Source of the DNA: Flectonema sp. DT1601
Taxonomy: Eukaryota
Assembly (NCBI GenBank): GCA_964019425.1
Contig: OZ025798.1
Coordinates: forward strand, 682,001 to 746,000
Length of the DNA stretch: 64,000 nucleotides
Direction: 5' to 3'
Shown in pieces: positions 21,632-35,919 of the stretch (within the stretch, counting starts at the first letter, position 1; each line of letters opens with the position of its first letter). Both the position numbers and the translations under genes were made by a program. Below the pieces are notes generated by a model. It saw only the letters and a program-made list of their open reading frames with translations, did not search any database and was not told the DNA's origin.

Positions 21632-24600
21632 TATCACCCCTCTTTGTCCTCTAGCCTCAATTCCTCCGACAATGCCGCAGAGTGAAGCTCTCGACCGCAC
21701 GCCGACCAAGATTTTACGACAAGAGAGTCACGTTATCTCCGTTAAAGAGAATACACCTATTGCGAGACAATGGTCCGAGGGTAGGATTGACTTACTCGAG
21801 AACTACTGTCGAGCAGTAGATGACTCTCTCGAAACAAACGAGAAAGCGGCAGAGCTCTCAGAACAACTTCTGGATGCCCAACTTCGCCTCTCGGAGCTGA
21901 ATCACCAACGGTGTACAACTCACGCAGAGCAGCTTGAGCAATCCATGATGTTAACGGGACTGGCGAGCGATTTAAATGCTCAACTCGCCTTGGCACGGTC
22001 TCAAATTGCGGCCCTGAAGTTCCAATTAGCTTCATGGGCAGAAGGTTTGAGTCCGCCAGACACAGAAGAACATGAGGAAAATGAAACTCCGCCGAGAAAG
22101 TCTGAGCGTTCAACTCTGAAAAAACGAACCCCTCCATCAAGATATCGTTACAATCGAAGGAGATGTTCTGCTGATGACGTTCACGGTGACTCCACCCCCT
22201 TGTAATTCTCTTTTTCCTTACTTTCACATCACTTTGTTTAGTTAGTTTTTTAGCTTATTTATTATTTATTGTTCGTTTTTGTTTGTATTATTTTATCGAT
22301 ATGTTTATGTCCGTCAGATCATAACGTTAATCAGGTTAATTGTTAATTGTTAATTATAAATGGTCTAAACCCCAATCCAAGTTCCCAAGGCTTGGCATAG
22401 ATTTGAGTGACGCCTTACTGGCCTCCTCATCCTCTATGAGTGGTGAGGGGGCCAGCAATGGTTTTTTTTTTTTTTTTTTTTCTCTTATTTCTTTTTTTCT
22501 TTTTCTTTTACTCTAATATGAAATATTTTTGAACAAAATGTGATTATTAATTTAAAAAAAAAAAAAAAAAATAATAATGTAAATGAATAATAAAAAAAAA
22601 AAAAAAAAAAACATGCCTTGGGAATACAATCAAAGCCCCAATTAATCGGTCCTTTCTTTTTCCTTCTTGTCAAGTGATCGCTCCACTCGTCGATCACCAA
22701 AACCGATTGTATTTATATCTGTTCTTTTCTCAACGATCGGCTATACCGACCATTTTTTTTTTATAAATAATTGTTTTCTTCTTCTCGACGATCAGATCCA
22801 ATTGATCGACCTTTTTTTTTTTTTTTTTTCCTTTATTCCTTCCATCCCTCCCGCTCCCCTAATTTTAAATAAAAACAAGATCAGCTCAGCTTGATCGTTA
22901 ATCTTTTTTTCTTTTTTTAATTTAAACTGATTGTATTTATATCTGTTTATTTTTCTCGACGATCGGCTATACCGATCAACCTTTAAAATAATTTCTTCTT
23001 CTCGACGATCAGATCCAATTGATCAACCTTTTCTTTTTTTTTCCTCTATTCCTTCCATCCCTCCCGCTCCCCTATTTGTAATAAAAACAAGATCAGCTCA
23101 GCTTGATCGTTAATCTTTTTTTCTTTTTTTAATTTAAACTGATTGTATTTATATCTGTTTATTTTTCTCAACGATCGGCTATACCGATCAACCTTTAAAA
23201 AAATTTCCTCTTCTCGACGATCAGATCCAATTGATCAACCTTTTCTTTTTTTTTTCCTCTATTCCTTCCATCCCTCCCGCTCCCCTATTTGTAATAAAAA
23301 CAAGATCAGCTCAGCTTGATCGTTAAATTTTTTTTTCTTTCTTTTTTGTTGGTCCTAGTCAAGACCTTAAACTGACTAACCGGTCTTAATTTTAAATAAG
23401 TGTTAACCTAGTTTCTCTTTTCCTTTTCAATTTCCTTTTAATACTCTCTATCTGGTCTGTTATGTCATATTTCTCATTTAATTTTATCATCCATTTTACT
23501 TTTCACTGTTTCCCATCTACATTTTATTTTCAAATAGTTACGGTCTGTTAAAAAAAAAAAAAAAGTTTAAATAAGTTAAATTGAACATGTTAACTCAATT
23601 CCTCAATTCTTCCGTCATGGTCATGACATTCTTTTTCGTTTCTCTAATGCACAAGAGATACCATCACTCATGAGATACCAACGCACATACGAGATACCAG
23701 CACTCCAGAGATACCGACACGCTAGAGATACCAAGTCACTTGAGATACCTCCTTGTAAATTAATTCCCGGTATTTCAAATTTGAATTGATAGTGTCAACT
23801 CTGCTTGCTGCTCTTGTTAATGTGTTGTCTCCTGAAAGTGATCTTAACTCCTGTAAAAAGAAAAAAAAAAAGAAATCAAAAAAGAAGAATTTTCAAACGA
23901 AGTTATAACAACCCCTACCACCCATTATGATCAATTCCGCTTGTTTTTTTTTTTTTTTTTTTTTTAAAACAAAAAAAAAAATAAAAAATTATAAAAGATT
24001 AAACAATGTTATCATTGTATTTTTATCGATCGACTATGTCGATTACTTTCTATTTTCCGTCCTGGTCAAGACGCTAAACTGATTGTTTTTTTTTTTTTTT
24101 CAAAATTAATAAAAAAGAATATAAAAAAAAAAATAAAAAAAAGAATAAACAATGTTATCATTGTTTTTTTATCGTTCGACTTTGTCGACTAATTTCTATT
24201 CTCCGTTTTTTTCTTAAAAAATAAATAAAAAGAATTTAAAAAAAAAAAAAAAAAAAAAAGAATAAACAATGTTATCATTGTTTTTTTATCGATCGACTAT
24301 GTCGATTACTTTCTATTTTCCGTTTTTTTCTTTAAAAATAAATAAAAAGAATAAAAAAAAAAAAAAAAGGAATAAACAATGTTATCATTGTTTTTATTTT
24401 ATCGATCGACTATGTCGATTACTTTCTATTTTCCGTCCTGGTCAAGACGCTAAACTGATTGTTTTTTCTTTAAAAAATAAAAAGAAGGATTTAAAAAAAA
24501 GAAGAAAAAAAAAAAAAAGAATAAACAATGTTATCATTGTTTTTTTATCGATCGACTATGTCGATCACTTTCTATTTTTCGTCCTGGTCAAGACGCTAAA

Positions 24601-25038
24601 CTGATTGTTTTTTCTTTAAAAATAATAAAAAGGATTTAAAAAAAAAAAAAAAAAAAAAAAGAATAAACAATGTTATCATTGTTTTTTTATCGATCGACTA
24701 TGTCGATCACTTTCTATTTTCCGTCCTGGTCAAGACGCAAAACTGATTGTTTTTTTTTCAAAATTAATAAAAAAGAATACAAAAAAAAATAAAAAAAAAA
24801 AGAATAAACAATGTTATCATTGTTTTTTTTTTTATCGTTCGACGTTGTTGACTAATTTCTATTTTCCGTTTTTTTTTTTTCTTTTTAAAAAATAAATAAA
24901 AAGATTTAAAAAAAAAAAAAAAAAGAATAAACAATGTTATCATTGTTTTTTTTATCGATCGACTATGTCGATTACTTTCTATTTTCCGTCCTGGTCAAGA
25001 CGCTAAACTGATTGTTTTTTCTTTAAAAAAAAAAAAAG

Positions 25039-25075
<37 letters not shown>

Positions 25076-25849
25076 ATAAACAATGTTATCATTGTTTTTT
25101 TTTTATCGATCGACTATGTCGATCACTTTCTATTTTCCGTCCTGGTCAAGACGCTAAACTGATTGTTTTTTTTTTCAAAATTAATAAAAAAGAATATAAA
25201 AAAAAAAATAAAAAAAAAAGAATAAACAATGTTATCATTGTTTTTTTTTTTATCGTTCGACTTTGTTGACTAATTTCTATTTTCCGTTTTTTTTCTTTTT
25301 AAAATAAAAAGAATTTAAAAAAAAAAAAAAAAAAGAGTAAACAATGTTATCATTGTTTTTTTTATCGATCGACTATGTCGATTACTTTCTATTTTCCGTC
25401 CTGGTCAAGACGCTAAACTGATTGTTTTTTTTTCAAAATTAATAAAAAAGAATATAAAAAAAAACAAAAAAAAAAAGAATAAACAATGTTATCATTGTTT
25501 TTTTTTATCGTTCGACTTTGTCGACTAATTTTTATTTTCCGTTTTTTTTCTTTAAAAATAAATAAAAAGAATTTAAAAAAAAAAAAAAAAAAAGAATAAA
25601 CAATGTTATCATTGTTTTTTTATCGATCGACTATGTCGATCACTTTCTATTTTCCGTCCTGGTCAAGACGCTAAACTGATTGTTTTTTCTTTAAAATAAT
25701 AAAAAGGATTAAAAAAAAAAAAAAAAAAAAAAAAGAATAAACAATGTTATCATTGTTTTTTATCGATCGACTATGTCGATCACTTTCTATTTTCCGTCCT
25801 GGTCAAGACGCTAAACTGATTGTTTTTTCTTTAAAAAATAATTAAAAGG

Positions 25850-25880
<31 letters not shown>

Positions 25881-26272
25881 ATAAACAATGTTATCATTGT
25901 TTTTTTATCGATCGACTATGTCGATCACTTTCAATTTTCCGTCCTGGTCAGGACGCTAAACTGATTGTTTTTTCTTTAAAAATAAATAAAAAGAATAAAA
26001 AAAAAGAAAAAAAAAAGGAATAAACAATGTTATCATTGTTTTTTTTTTATCGATCGACTATGTCGATTACTTTCTATTTTCCGTCCTGGTCAGGACGCTA
26101 AACTGATTGTTTTTTCTTTAAAAATAAATAAAAAGAATAAAAAAAAAAGAAAAAAAAAAGGAATAAACAATGTTATCATTGTTTTTTATCGATCGACTAT
26201 GTCGATCACTTTCTATTTTCCGTCCTGGTCAAGACGCTAAACTGATTGTTTTTTCTTTAAAATAATTAAAAG

Positions 26273-26305
<33 letters not shown>

Positions 26306-26558
26306 ATAAACAATGTTATCATTGTCTTTTTTCTATCGATCGACTATGTGGATCACTTTCAATTTTCCGTCCTGGTCAGGACGCTAAACTGATTGTTTTT
26401 TCTTTAAAAATAAATAAAAAGAATAAAAAAAAAAAAAAAAAAAAGGAATAAACAATGTTATCATTGTTTTTTTTCTATCGATCGACTATGTCGATTAATT
26501 TCTATTTTCCGTCCTGATCGAGACGCTAAACTGATTGTTTCCTTTTTTTAAATAATAA

Positions 26559-26596
<38 letters not shown>

Positions 26597-26992
26597 ATCT
26601 CCCTGCTATCCTCATATCCCCACAATAATATTATACCTTTTCATTTTCTCTTTCCTTTTCTGGTCTTTTTTTTTTCTTTTTTTCCTTTTTCATACAACGT
26701 TTTTTATTTATATTTTATTTTTTTTTTTTTTTTTCATGTTTGATTATTTCCTCTTCATATTTTTTTTCTATTCTTTCTTTTTTTTTTTTTTTTTTTTTTT
26801 CTCTACCTCTCTCTTAATTCTGTTCGTTTCTTTGAAACGAAAATTCATTTGAATATTATTCCTTGGTCAGCAACCATCATTGTCGCCCTTTGGGCCTGTT
26901 AAAAAAAAAAAAAAAATAAAAAGAAAGTTTACGTCGGGAATAGGGCAGGAGCCAAAAGCTCCCAGTCCGTTACTTCCCACTTATCGAAATTC
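21632..26992 (+). mobile_element. 5.36-kb 5'-truncated retrotransposon copy inserted in satellite
   Basis: ORF tail (to 22205), then a near-identical inverse of 4403->1, then the terminal region to ..TATCGAAATTC. TGTC duplicated at 21628-21631 and 26993-26996, and the flanking satellite is continuous. Confidence 0.85.
24000..26540 (-). repeat. Hairpin satellite array (inverse of 74-2620)
   Basis: Monomer-by-monomer match including rare variants. Confidence 0.95.
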
Positions 26993-27616
26993 TGTCGATC
27001 ACTTTCTATTTTCCGTCCTGGTCAAGACGCTAAACTGATTGTTTTTTTTTCAAAATTAATAAAAAAGAATATAAAAAAAAATAAAAAAAAATAAAAAAAA
27101 AAGAATAAACAATGTTATCATTGTTTTTTTTTTTTTATTGTTCGACTTTGTTGACTAATTTCTATTTTCCGTTTTTTTTTTTTCTTTTTAAAAAATAAAT
27201 AAAAAGAATTTAAAAAAAAAAAAAAAAAAAAGAATAAACAATGTTATCATTGTTTTTTTTTTCATCGATCGACTATGTCGATTACTTTCTATTTTCCGTC
27301 CTGGTCAAGACGCTAAACTGATTGTTTTTTTTCAAAATTAATAAAAAAGAATATAAAAAAAAAACAAAAACAAAAAGAATAAACAATGCTATCATTTTTT
27401 TTTTTTTTTATCGTTCGACTTTGTCGACTAATTTTTATTTTCCGTTTTTTTTTCTTTAAAAATAAATAAAAAGAAATTAAAAAAAAAAAAAAAAAAAAAA
27501 AGAATAAACAATGTTATCATTGTTTTTTTAGCGATCGACTATGTCGATCACTTTCTATTTTCCGTCCTGGTCAAGACGCTAAACTGATTGTTTTTTCTTT
27601 AAAATAATAAAAAGGA

Positions 27617-27648
<32 letters not shown>

Positions 27649-27758
27649 TAAACAATGTTATCATTGTTTTTTATCGATCGACTATGTCGATCACTTTCTA
27701 TTTTCCGTCCTGGTCAAGACGCTAAACTGATTGTTTTTTCTTTAAAAAATAATTAAAA

Positions 27759-27796
<38 letters not shown>

Positions 27797-28056
27797 TTAA
27801 TCAATGTTATCATCGTTTTTTTTATCGATCGACTATGTCGATCACTTTCAATTTTCCGTCCTGGTCAGGACGCTAAACTGATTGTTTTTTCTTTAAAAAT
27901 AAATGAAAAGAACAAAAAAAAAAAAAAAAAAAAAAAAAAGGAATAAACAATGTTATCATTGTTTTTTTTTATCGATCGACTATGTCGATTACTTTCTATT
28001 TTCCGTCCTGGTCAAGACGCTAAACTGATTGTTTTTTCTTTAAAATAATTAAAAGG

Positions 28057-28090
<34 letters not shown>

Positions 28091-28180
28091 TAAACAATGT
28101 TATCATTGTTTTTTTTCTATCGATCGACTATGTCGATTAATTTCTATTTTCCGTCCTGATCGAGACGCTAAACTGATTGT
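26993..28180 (-). repeat. Hairpin satellite array
   Basis: Paralogous to ~19720-21360 without the MITE. Confidence 0.93.
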
Positions 28181-28196
28181 TTCCTTTTTTTAAATA

Positions 28197-28231
<35 letters not shown>

Positions 28232-28626
28232 ATCTCCCTGCTATCCTCATATCCCCACAATAATATTATACCTTTTCATTTTCTCTTTCCTTTTCTAGTC
28301 TTTTTTTTTCTTTTTTTCCTTTTTCATACAACGTTTTTTATTTATATATTTTTTTTTTTTTTTTTTCATGTTTGATTATTTCCTCTTCATATTTTTTTTT
28401 TTTCTATTCTTTCTTTTTTTTTTTTTTTTTTCTCTGCCTCTCTCTCAATTCTGTTCGTTTCTTTGAAACGAAAATTCATTTGAATATTATTCCTTGGTCA
28501 GCAACCATCATTGTCGCCCTTTGGGCCTGTTAAAAAAAAAAATAAAAATAAAAAGAAAGTTTACATCGGGAATAGGGCAGGAGCCAAAAGCTCCCAGTCC
28601 GTTACTTCCCACTTTATCGAAACTCA

Positions 28627-31545
28627 AGTATTTGTCACTTAGAATTTTTTTATTTTTTTATTTTCAGCTTAATTAGCTACAAATTGTTTCTACTAAGTGT
28701 TTCTCACTTAGATTTTTTTTTTGCTTTTCAGCTCCTTAAAAGCTGCTAAGTGTTTCTGCTAAGTGTTTCTCACTTAAAATTTTATTTTTATGTTTGTTTT
28801 CTATCCCTTCTCCTATCCCTTTTGTTCAAAATAAGCGGGAGGAAATTCTCTCATTCACGCTAAGATGCACTGTGAACTTTGATTTTTTGATCTGAGTGTG
28901 AGGGAATGACCTGTTAGTGCATTGGGCATAGGCTGGGCTGCAGTTTAGATGTCTTAGGTGTTAATAGGGGGTTCCTCTTAGCATTTTTCTTTGTTCCCAC
29001 CTTATGATTTTCTTGAAGAAAAAAAATAGAAGTCATAATGGTGCTTCCCTCTGGAAGGGTTGTAAGCCATGGTGTCCAACTAGATTAAAGGACAAGTCTG
29101 GGATAATCCCTGCCAGAGGGGCGAGTATTCTACCATGGTTGAAATACTCTGGCAACTGATCTTCAATTTTATGTTGTTTGTTAGCTGCTGGTGTATCTTG
29201 ATTATGTGTTGATACTTGCATTTTTTTATTTGTAATCTTCTATTACAAACTCATCCTCTTTCTGTTCTGGTCTGTTACTTCATTTGTCTTGTATAACTTC
29301 AGTTATATCCATTTTACTTTTTATTGTTTCCCATCTACTTTTTATTTTCTATTAGTTCTGGTCAGAAACTCCTGGGCAGCAAGAAGGAAAGTAGTTGAGT
29401 ACTTCTGGGTGTTTGGCATCACCCCCCATAGTGAGCAAGTACAACAGGTAGCATTGGTAGTCTGTTGATCCTGAGTGATCCCAGCTACAGTTTTGTTTTT
29501 CTTTCTTTTTTTTAGAAGAAGATCAGGACATCCAAGCACTGCTGGATAGTTGCTGAATGCAGGGCCTGCCTGTGGCATTATAATAACAGGCTAAGTCATT
29601 TGTAGTTCATAGTTTACCTTTGATTTTATAACTTCACATAGGTACTATGAACGATGAGAGATCCAGTGGGATCACTCAGGGTCTAGTAGAGACCACCAAT
29701 GTTGTGCGTTGATAGGCAAGGTGACCAACCTTGACATTCTTTCTTTTCTCTCCTGTTGTGACAAACACAAAATACACACACAGCTTACAGTGTGTTCTTT
29801 GTGTATGTTTTCTTCAGGTGTGAGTAGTTTTTTTGTTCTTGCTCTTCAGGGAGGGCCTTAGCCAAAAGCTAACAGTCCAAATCTCACCTGGAAATTCAAC
29901 TCAGTCCTTGTCAGTTTTGGCATCAAACTTGTAATGGTTTAATCATTACAGGTTATTTACTGAAATATTTGTTCTAAAAGTTGCTAAGTATTTGTCACTT
30001 AGAATTTTTTTATTTTTTTATTTTCAGCTTAATTAGCTACAAATTGTTTCTACTACCATAGTGAGCAAGTACAACAGGTAGCATTGGTAGTCTGTTGATC
30101 CTGAGTGATCCCAGCTACAGTTTTGTTTTTCTTTCTTTTTTTTAGAAGAAGATCAGGACATCCAAGCACTGCTGGATAGTTGCTGAATGCAGGGCCTGCC
30201 TGTGGCATTATAATAACAGGCTAAGTCATTTGTAGTTCATAGTTTACCTTTGATTTTATAACTTCACATAGGTACTATGAACGATGAGAGATCCAGTGGG
30301 ATCACTCAGGGTCTAGTAGAGACCACCAATGTTGTGCGTTGATAGGCAAGGTGACCAACCTTGACATTCTTTCTTTTCTCTCCTGTTGTGACAAACACAA
30401 AATACACACACAGCTTACAGTGTGTTCTTTGTGTATGTTTTCTTCAAGCGTGAGTAGTTTTTTTGTTCTTGCTCTTCAGGGAGGGCCTTAGCCAAAAGCT
30501 AACAGTCCAAATCTCACCTGGAAATTCAACTCAGTCCTTGTCAGTTTTGGCATCAAACTTGTAATGGTTTAATCATTACAGGTTATTTACTGAAATATTT
30601 GTTCTAAAAGTTGCTAAGTATTTGTCACTTAGAATTTTTTTATTTTTTTACTTTCAGCTTAATTAGCTACAAATTGTTTCTACTAAGTGTTTCTCACTTA
30701 GATTTTTTTTTTGCTTTTCAGCTCCTTAAAAGCTGCTAAGTGTTTCTGCTAAGTGTTTCTCACTTAAAATTTTATTTTTATGTTCGTTTTCTATCCCTTC
30801 TCCTATCCCTTTTGTTCAAAATAAGCGGGAGGAAATTCTCTCATTCACGCTAAGATGCACTCTGAACTTTGATTTTTTGATCTGAGTGTGAGGGAATGAC
30901 CTGTTAGTGCATTGGGCATAGGCTGGGCTGCAGTTTAGATGTCTTAGGTGTTAATAGGGGGTACCTCTTAGCATTTTTCTTTGTTCCCACCTTATGATTT
31001 TCTTGAAGAAAAAAAATAGAAGTCATAATGGTGCTTCCCTCTGGAAGGGTTGTAAGCCATGGTGTCCAACTAGATTAAAGGACAAGTCTGGGATAATCCC
31101 TGCCAGAGGGGCGAGTATTCTACCATGGTTGAAATACTCTGGCAACTGATCTTCAATTTTATGTTGTTTGTTAGCTGCTGGTGTATCTTGATTATGTGTT
31201 GATACTTGCATTTTTTTATTTGTAATCTTCTATTACAATCCTCTTTCTGTTCTGGTCTGTTACTTCATTTGTCTTGTATAACTTCAGTTATATCCATTTT
31301 ACTTTTTATTGTTTCCCATCTACTTTTTATTTTCTATTAGTTCTGGTCAGAAACTCCTGGGCAGCAAGAAGGAAAGTAGTTGAGTACTTCTGGGTGTTTG
31401 GCATCACCCCCCATAGTGAGCAAGTACAACAGGTAGCATTGGTAGTCTGTTGATCCTGAGTGATCCCAGCTACAGTTTTGTTTTTCTTTCTTTTTTTTAG
31501 AAGAAGATCAGGACATCCAAGCACTGCTGGATAGTTGCTGAATGC
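28627..31545. repeat. ~1.36-kb tandem repeat family with an internal 630-bp duplication
   Basis: AAGTATTTGTCACTTAG recurs at ~28626, ~29987 and ~30616. Contains CTAAGTG-TTTCT-CACTTAG hairpin sub-repeats. Confidence 0.85.
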
Positions 31546-31717
31546 AATGGATATGAGGATAGCAGGGAGATGATCTTTTTTTTTTTTTTTTTTTTTTTTT
31601 TTATTTATTATTTAAAAAAAGGAAACAATCAGTTTAGCGTCTCGATCGGGACGGAAAATAGAAATTAATCGACATAGTCGATCGATAGAAAAAAAAACAA
31701 TGATAACATTGTTTATT

Positions 31718-31751
<34 letters not shown>

Positions 31752-34751
31752 CTTTTAATTATTTTAAAGAAAAAACAATCAGTTTAGCGTCTTGACCAGG
31801 ACGGAAAATAGAAAGTGATCGACATAGTCGATCGATAAAAAAACAATGATAACATTGTTTATTCATTTTTTTTATTTTTTTTAAATTCTTATTATTTATT
31901 TTTTAAAGAAAAAAAAACGGAAAATAAAAATTAGTCGACAAAGTCGAACGATAAAAAAAAAACAATGATAACATTGTTTATTCTTTTTTTTTTTTGTTTT
32001 TTTTTTTATATTCTTTTTTATTAATTTTGAAAAAAAAAAACAATCAGTTTAGCGTCTTGACCAGGACGGAAAATAGAAAGTAATCGACATAGTCGATCGA
32101 TAAAAAAACAATGATAACATTGTTTAATCTTTTTTTTTAAATTCTTTTTATTTATTTTTTAAAGAAAAAAAACGGAAAATAGAAATTAGTCGACAAAGTC
32201 GAACGATAAAAAAACAATGATAACATTGTTTATTCTTTTTTTTTATTTTTTTTATATTTTTTTTTAATTAATTTTGAAAAAAAAACAATCAGTTTAGCGT
32301 CTTGACCAGGACGGAAAATAGAAAGCGATCGACATAGTCGATCGATAAGAAAACAATGATAACATTTTTTATTCTTTTTTTTTATTTTAAATTCTTTTTA
32401 TTTATTTTTTAAAGAAAAAAAACGGAAAATAGAAATTAGTCGACAAAGTCGAACGATAAAAAAAAACAATGATAACATTGTTTATTCTTTTTTTTGTATT
32501 TTTTTTATATTCTTTTTTATTAATTTTGAAAAAAAAAAAAAAACAATCAGTTTAGCGTCTTGACCAGGATGGAAAATAGAAAGTGATCGACATAGTCGAT
32601 CGATAAAAAAACAATGATAACATTGTTTATTTTTTTTTTTTTTTAAATTCTTTTTATTTATTTTTTAAAGAAAAAAAAAAACGGAAAATAGAAATTAGTC
32701 GACAAAGTCGAACGATAAAAAAAAAAAACAATGATAACATTGTTTATTCTTTTTTTTTTTAATTTTTTATATTCTTTTTTATTAATTTTGAAAAAAAAAC
32801 AATCAGTTTAGCGTCTTGACCAGGACGGAAAATAGAAAGTGATCGACATAGTCGATCGATAAAAAAACAATGATAACATTGTTTATTCTTTTTTTTTATT
32901 TTAAATTCTTTTTATTTATTTTTTAAAGAAAAAAAAACGGAAAATAGAAATTAGTCGACAAAGTCGAACGATAAAAAAAACAATGATAACATTGTTTATT
33001 CTTTTTTTTATTTTTTTTTTTATATTCTTTTTTATTAATTTTGAAAAAAAAAAAAAAAAAACAATCAGTTTAGCGTCTTGACCAGGACGGAAAATAGAAA
33101 GTAATCGACATAGTCGATCGATAAAAAAACAATGATAACATTGTTTATTCTTTTTTTTTTTTAAATTCTTTTTATTTATTTTTTAAAGGAAAAAAAAAAC
33201 GGAAAATAGAAATTAGTCGACAAAGTCGAACGATAAAAAAACAATGATAACATTGTTTATTCTTTTTTTTTTTTTTTTATTTCTTTTTATTTATTAAAAA
33301 AAAAAAAACAATCAGTTTAGCGTCTTGACCAGGACGGAAAATAGAAAGTGATCGACATAGTCGATCGATAAAAAAACAATGATAACATTGTTTATTCTTT
33401 TTTTTTATTTTAAATTCTTTTTATTTATTTTTTAAAGAAAAAAAAACGGAAAATAGAAATTAGTCGACAAAGTCGAACGATAAAAAAAAACAATGATAAC
33501 ATTGTTTATTCTTTTTTTTATTTTTTTTTTTATTCTTTTTTATTAACTTTGAAAAAAAAAAAACAATCAGTTTAGCGTCTTGACCAGGACGGAAAATAGA
33601 AAGTAATCGACATAGTCGATCGATAAAAAAAAAACAATGATAACATTGTTTATTCTTTTTTTTTATTTTAAATTCTTTTTATTTATTTTTTAAAGAAAAA
33701 AAAACGGAAAATAGAAATTAGTCGACAAAGTCGAACGATAAAAAAAAAACAATGATAACATTGTTTATTCTTTTTTTTTTTTTTTTATTTCTTTTTATTT
33801 ATTAAAAAAAAAAAACAATCAGTTTAGCGTCTTGACCAGGACGGAAAATAGAAAGTGATCGACATAGTCGATCGATAAAAAAAAAACAATGATAACATTG
33901 TTTATTCTTTTTTTTTATTTTAAATTCTTTTTATTTATTTTTTAAAGAAAAAAAACGGAAAATAGAAATTAGTCGACAAAGTCGAACGATAAAAAAAAAA
34001 CAATGATAACATTGTTTATTCTTTTTTTTATTTTTTTTTTTATTCTTTTCTATTAATTTTGAAAAAAAAGAAAAACAATCAGTTTAGCGTCTTGACCAGG
34101 ACGGAAAATAGAAAGTAATCGACATAGTCGATCGATAAAAAAAAAACAATGATAACATTGTTTATTCTTTTTTTTTATTTTAAATTCTTTTTATTTATTT
34201 TTTAAAGAAAAAAAACGGAAGTTTAGCGTCTCGATCAGGACGGAAAATAGAAATTAATCGACACAGTTGATCGATAGAAAAAAAAAAAAACAATGATAAC
34301 ATTGTTTATTCATTTTTTTTTTTTTTTTTTTTTTTAAATCTTTTTAATTATTTTAAAGAAAAAACAATCAGTTTAGCGTCTTGACCAGGACGGAAAATAG
34401 TAAGTAATCGACATAGTCGATCGATAAAAAAAAAACAATGATAACATTGTTTATTCCTTTTTTTTTTTTTAATATTTTTTTTATTTATTTTTAAAGAAAA
34501 AACAATCAGTTTAGCGTCCTGACCAGGACGGAAAATAGAAAGTAATCGACATAGTCGATCGATAAAAAAAACAATGATAACATTGTTTATTTTATTTTTT
34601 TTTTTTATTTTAATTCTTTTTATTTATTTTTAAAAAGAAAAAAAATGGAAAATAGAAATTAGTCAACAAAGTCGAACGATAAAAAAAAACAATGATAACA
34701 TTGTTTATTCTTTTTTTTTTTATTTTTTTTATATTCTTTTTTATTAATTTT

Positions 34752-35520
34752 CATAGATGGAAGTGCCCTACAATTTGGAGGGCGTGTAGGGCGCTTGTAG
34801 GGCGCTTTTAATATAAATATTATTTTGGAGGGCGCTTTTTTTTACCTTTTTTATTACTATAAGACAGCTAAATTGACGTCGACTTACACTGACGCACAAG
34901 TATTTTGACGCAGAAGCCAAAAAAAATTTTGACATGCTTGGCAGTCTTTCGAGAAAGAGAAAAAAGGGTGTCACGGGGTTCGAACCCGAGACCTCCAGGT
35001 CATGGTTCGGAGGTCAACAATGGCAAAAACAATGGGCCACTCCTTGAGAGCTTCCGGAGCCTGCTGCAATCCCTGAAGCTGAAACTCATTTCAGTGGACG
35101 ATGCATCCCAGATCTACAAGGAGCTGATTAGCCCGCAGAATGCACCGAGTCGAATATAGAGGGATTCGAGGAGGGAGAGTGCGTTCTTGCTAACCTGTTA
35201 ATAGGCCGGTCTTCACGGTACCTTGTGAGAAAAAAAAGAAGTTTACTGGTGGCAAGTAAACTGATATCCCAGAGACGCATTTGATCGGGCGAACTGGAGA
35301 AAAGTCAAATAAGATGCGATTCGACCCTCGCTGAGGGCAGGGGTGTGTCAAAATGAGCTCGGCATTATATTAAATTTAATTAAAAAAGCGCCCTACGCGC
35401 CCTCCAGCGCCCTATTTTGGCCCTATTTTGGCCCTACAATGGCCCTATTTTGGCCCTACAAATTTTTGTGGCTGATTTTCACCAGGCGCCCTCCAAATTT
35501 GGAGGGCACTTCCATCTATG
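34752..35520. mobile_element. MITE family 1, second copy, opposite orientation, 6-bp TSD AATTTT
   Basis: CATAGATGGAAGTGCCCT...AGGGCACTTCCATCTATG, with AATTTT on both sides. Confidence 0.93.
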
Positions 35521-35886
35521 AATTTTGAAAAAAAAAACAATCAGTTTAGCGTCTTGACCAGGACGGAAAATAGAAAGTAATCGACATAGTCGATCGATAA
35601 AAAAAACAATGATAACATTGTTTATTCTTTTTTTTTTTTTTATTTTAAATTCTTTTTATTTATTTTTTAAAGAAAAAAAACGGAAAATAGAAATTAGTCG
35701 ACAAAGTCGAACGATAAAAAAAAACAATGATAACATTGTTTATTCTTTTTTTTGTATTTTTTTATATTCTTTTTTATTAATTTTGAAAAAAAAAAAAAAC
35801 AATCAGTTTAGCGTCTTGACCAGGACGGAAAATAGAAAGTGATCGACATAGTCGATCGATAAAAAAACAATGATAACATTGTTTAT

Positions 35887-35919
<33 letters not shown>

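Larger units (their letters stand above)
16351..28626 (+). mobile_element. Older 5'-truncated copy (3' region) in opposite orientation, hosting nested insertions
   Basis: Starts as the inverse of ~3985, continues across a 530-bp insert (17252-17782), runs through minus-type satellite and ends ..TTTATCGAAACTCA at 28626. Confidence 0.6.
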
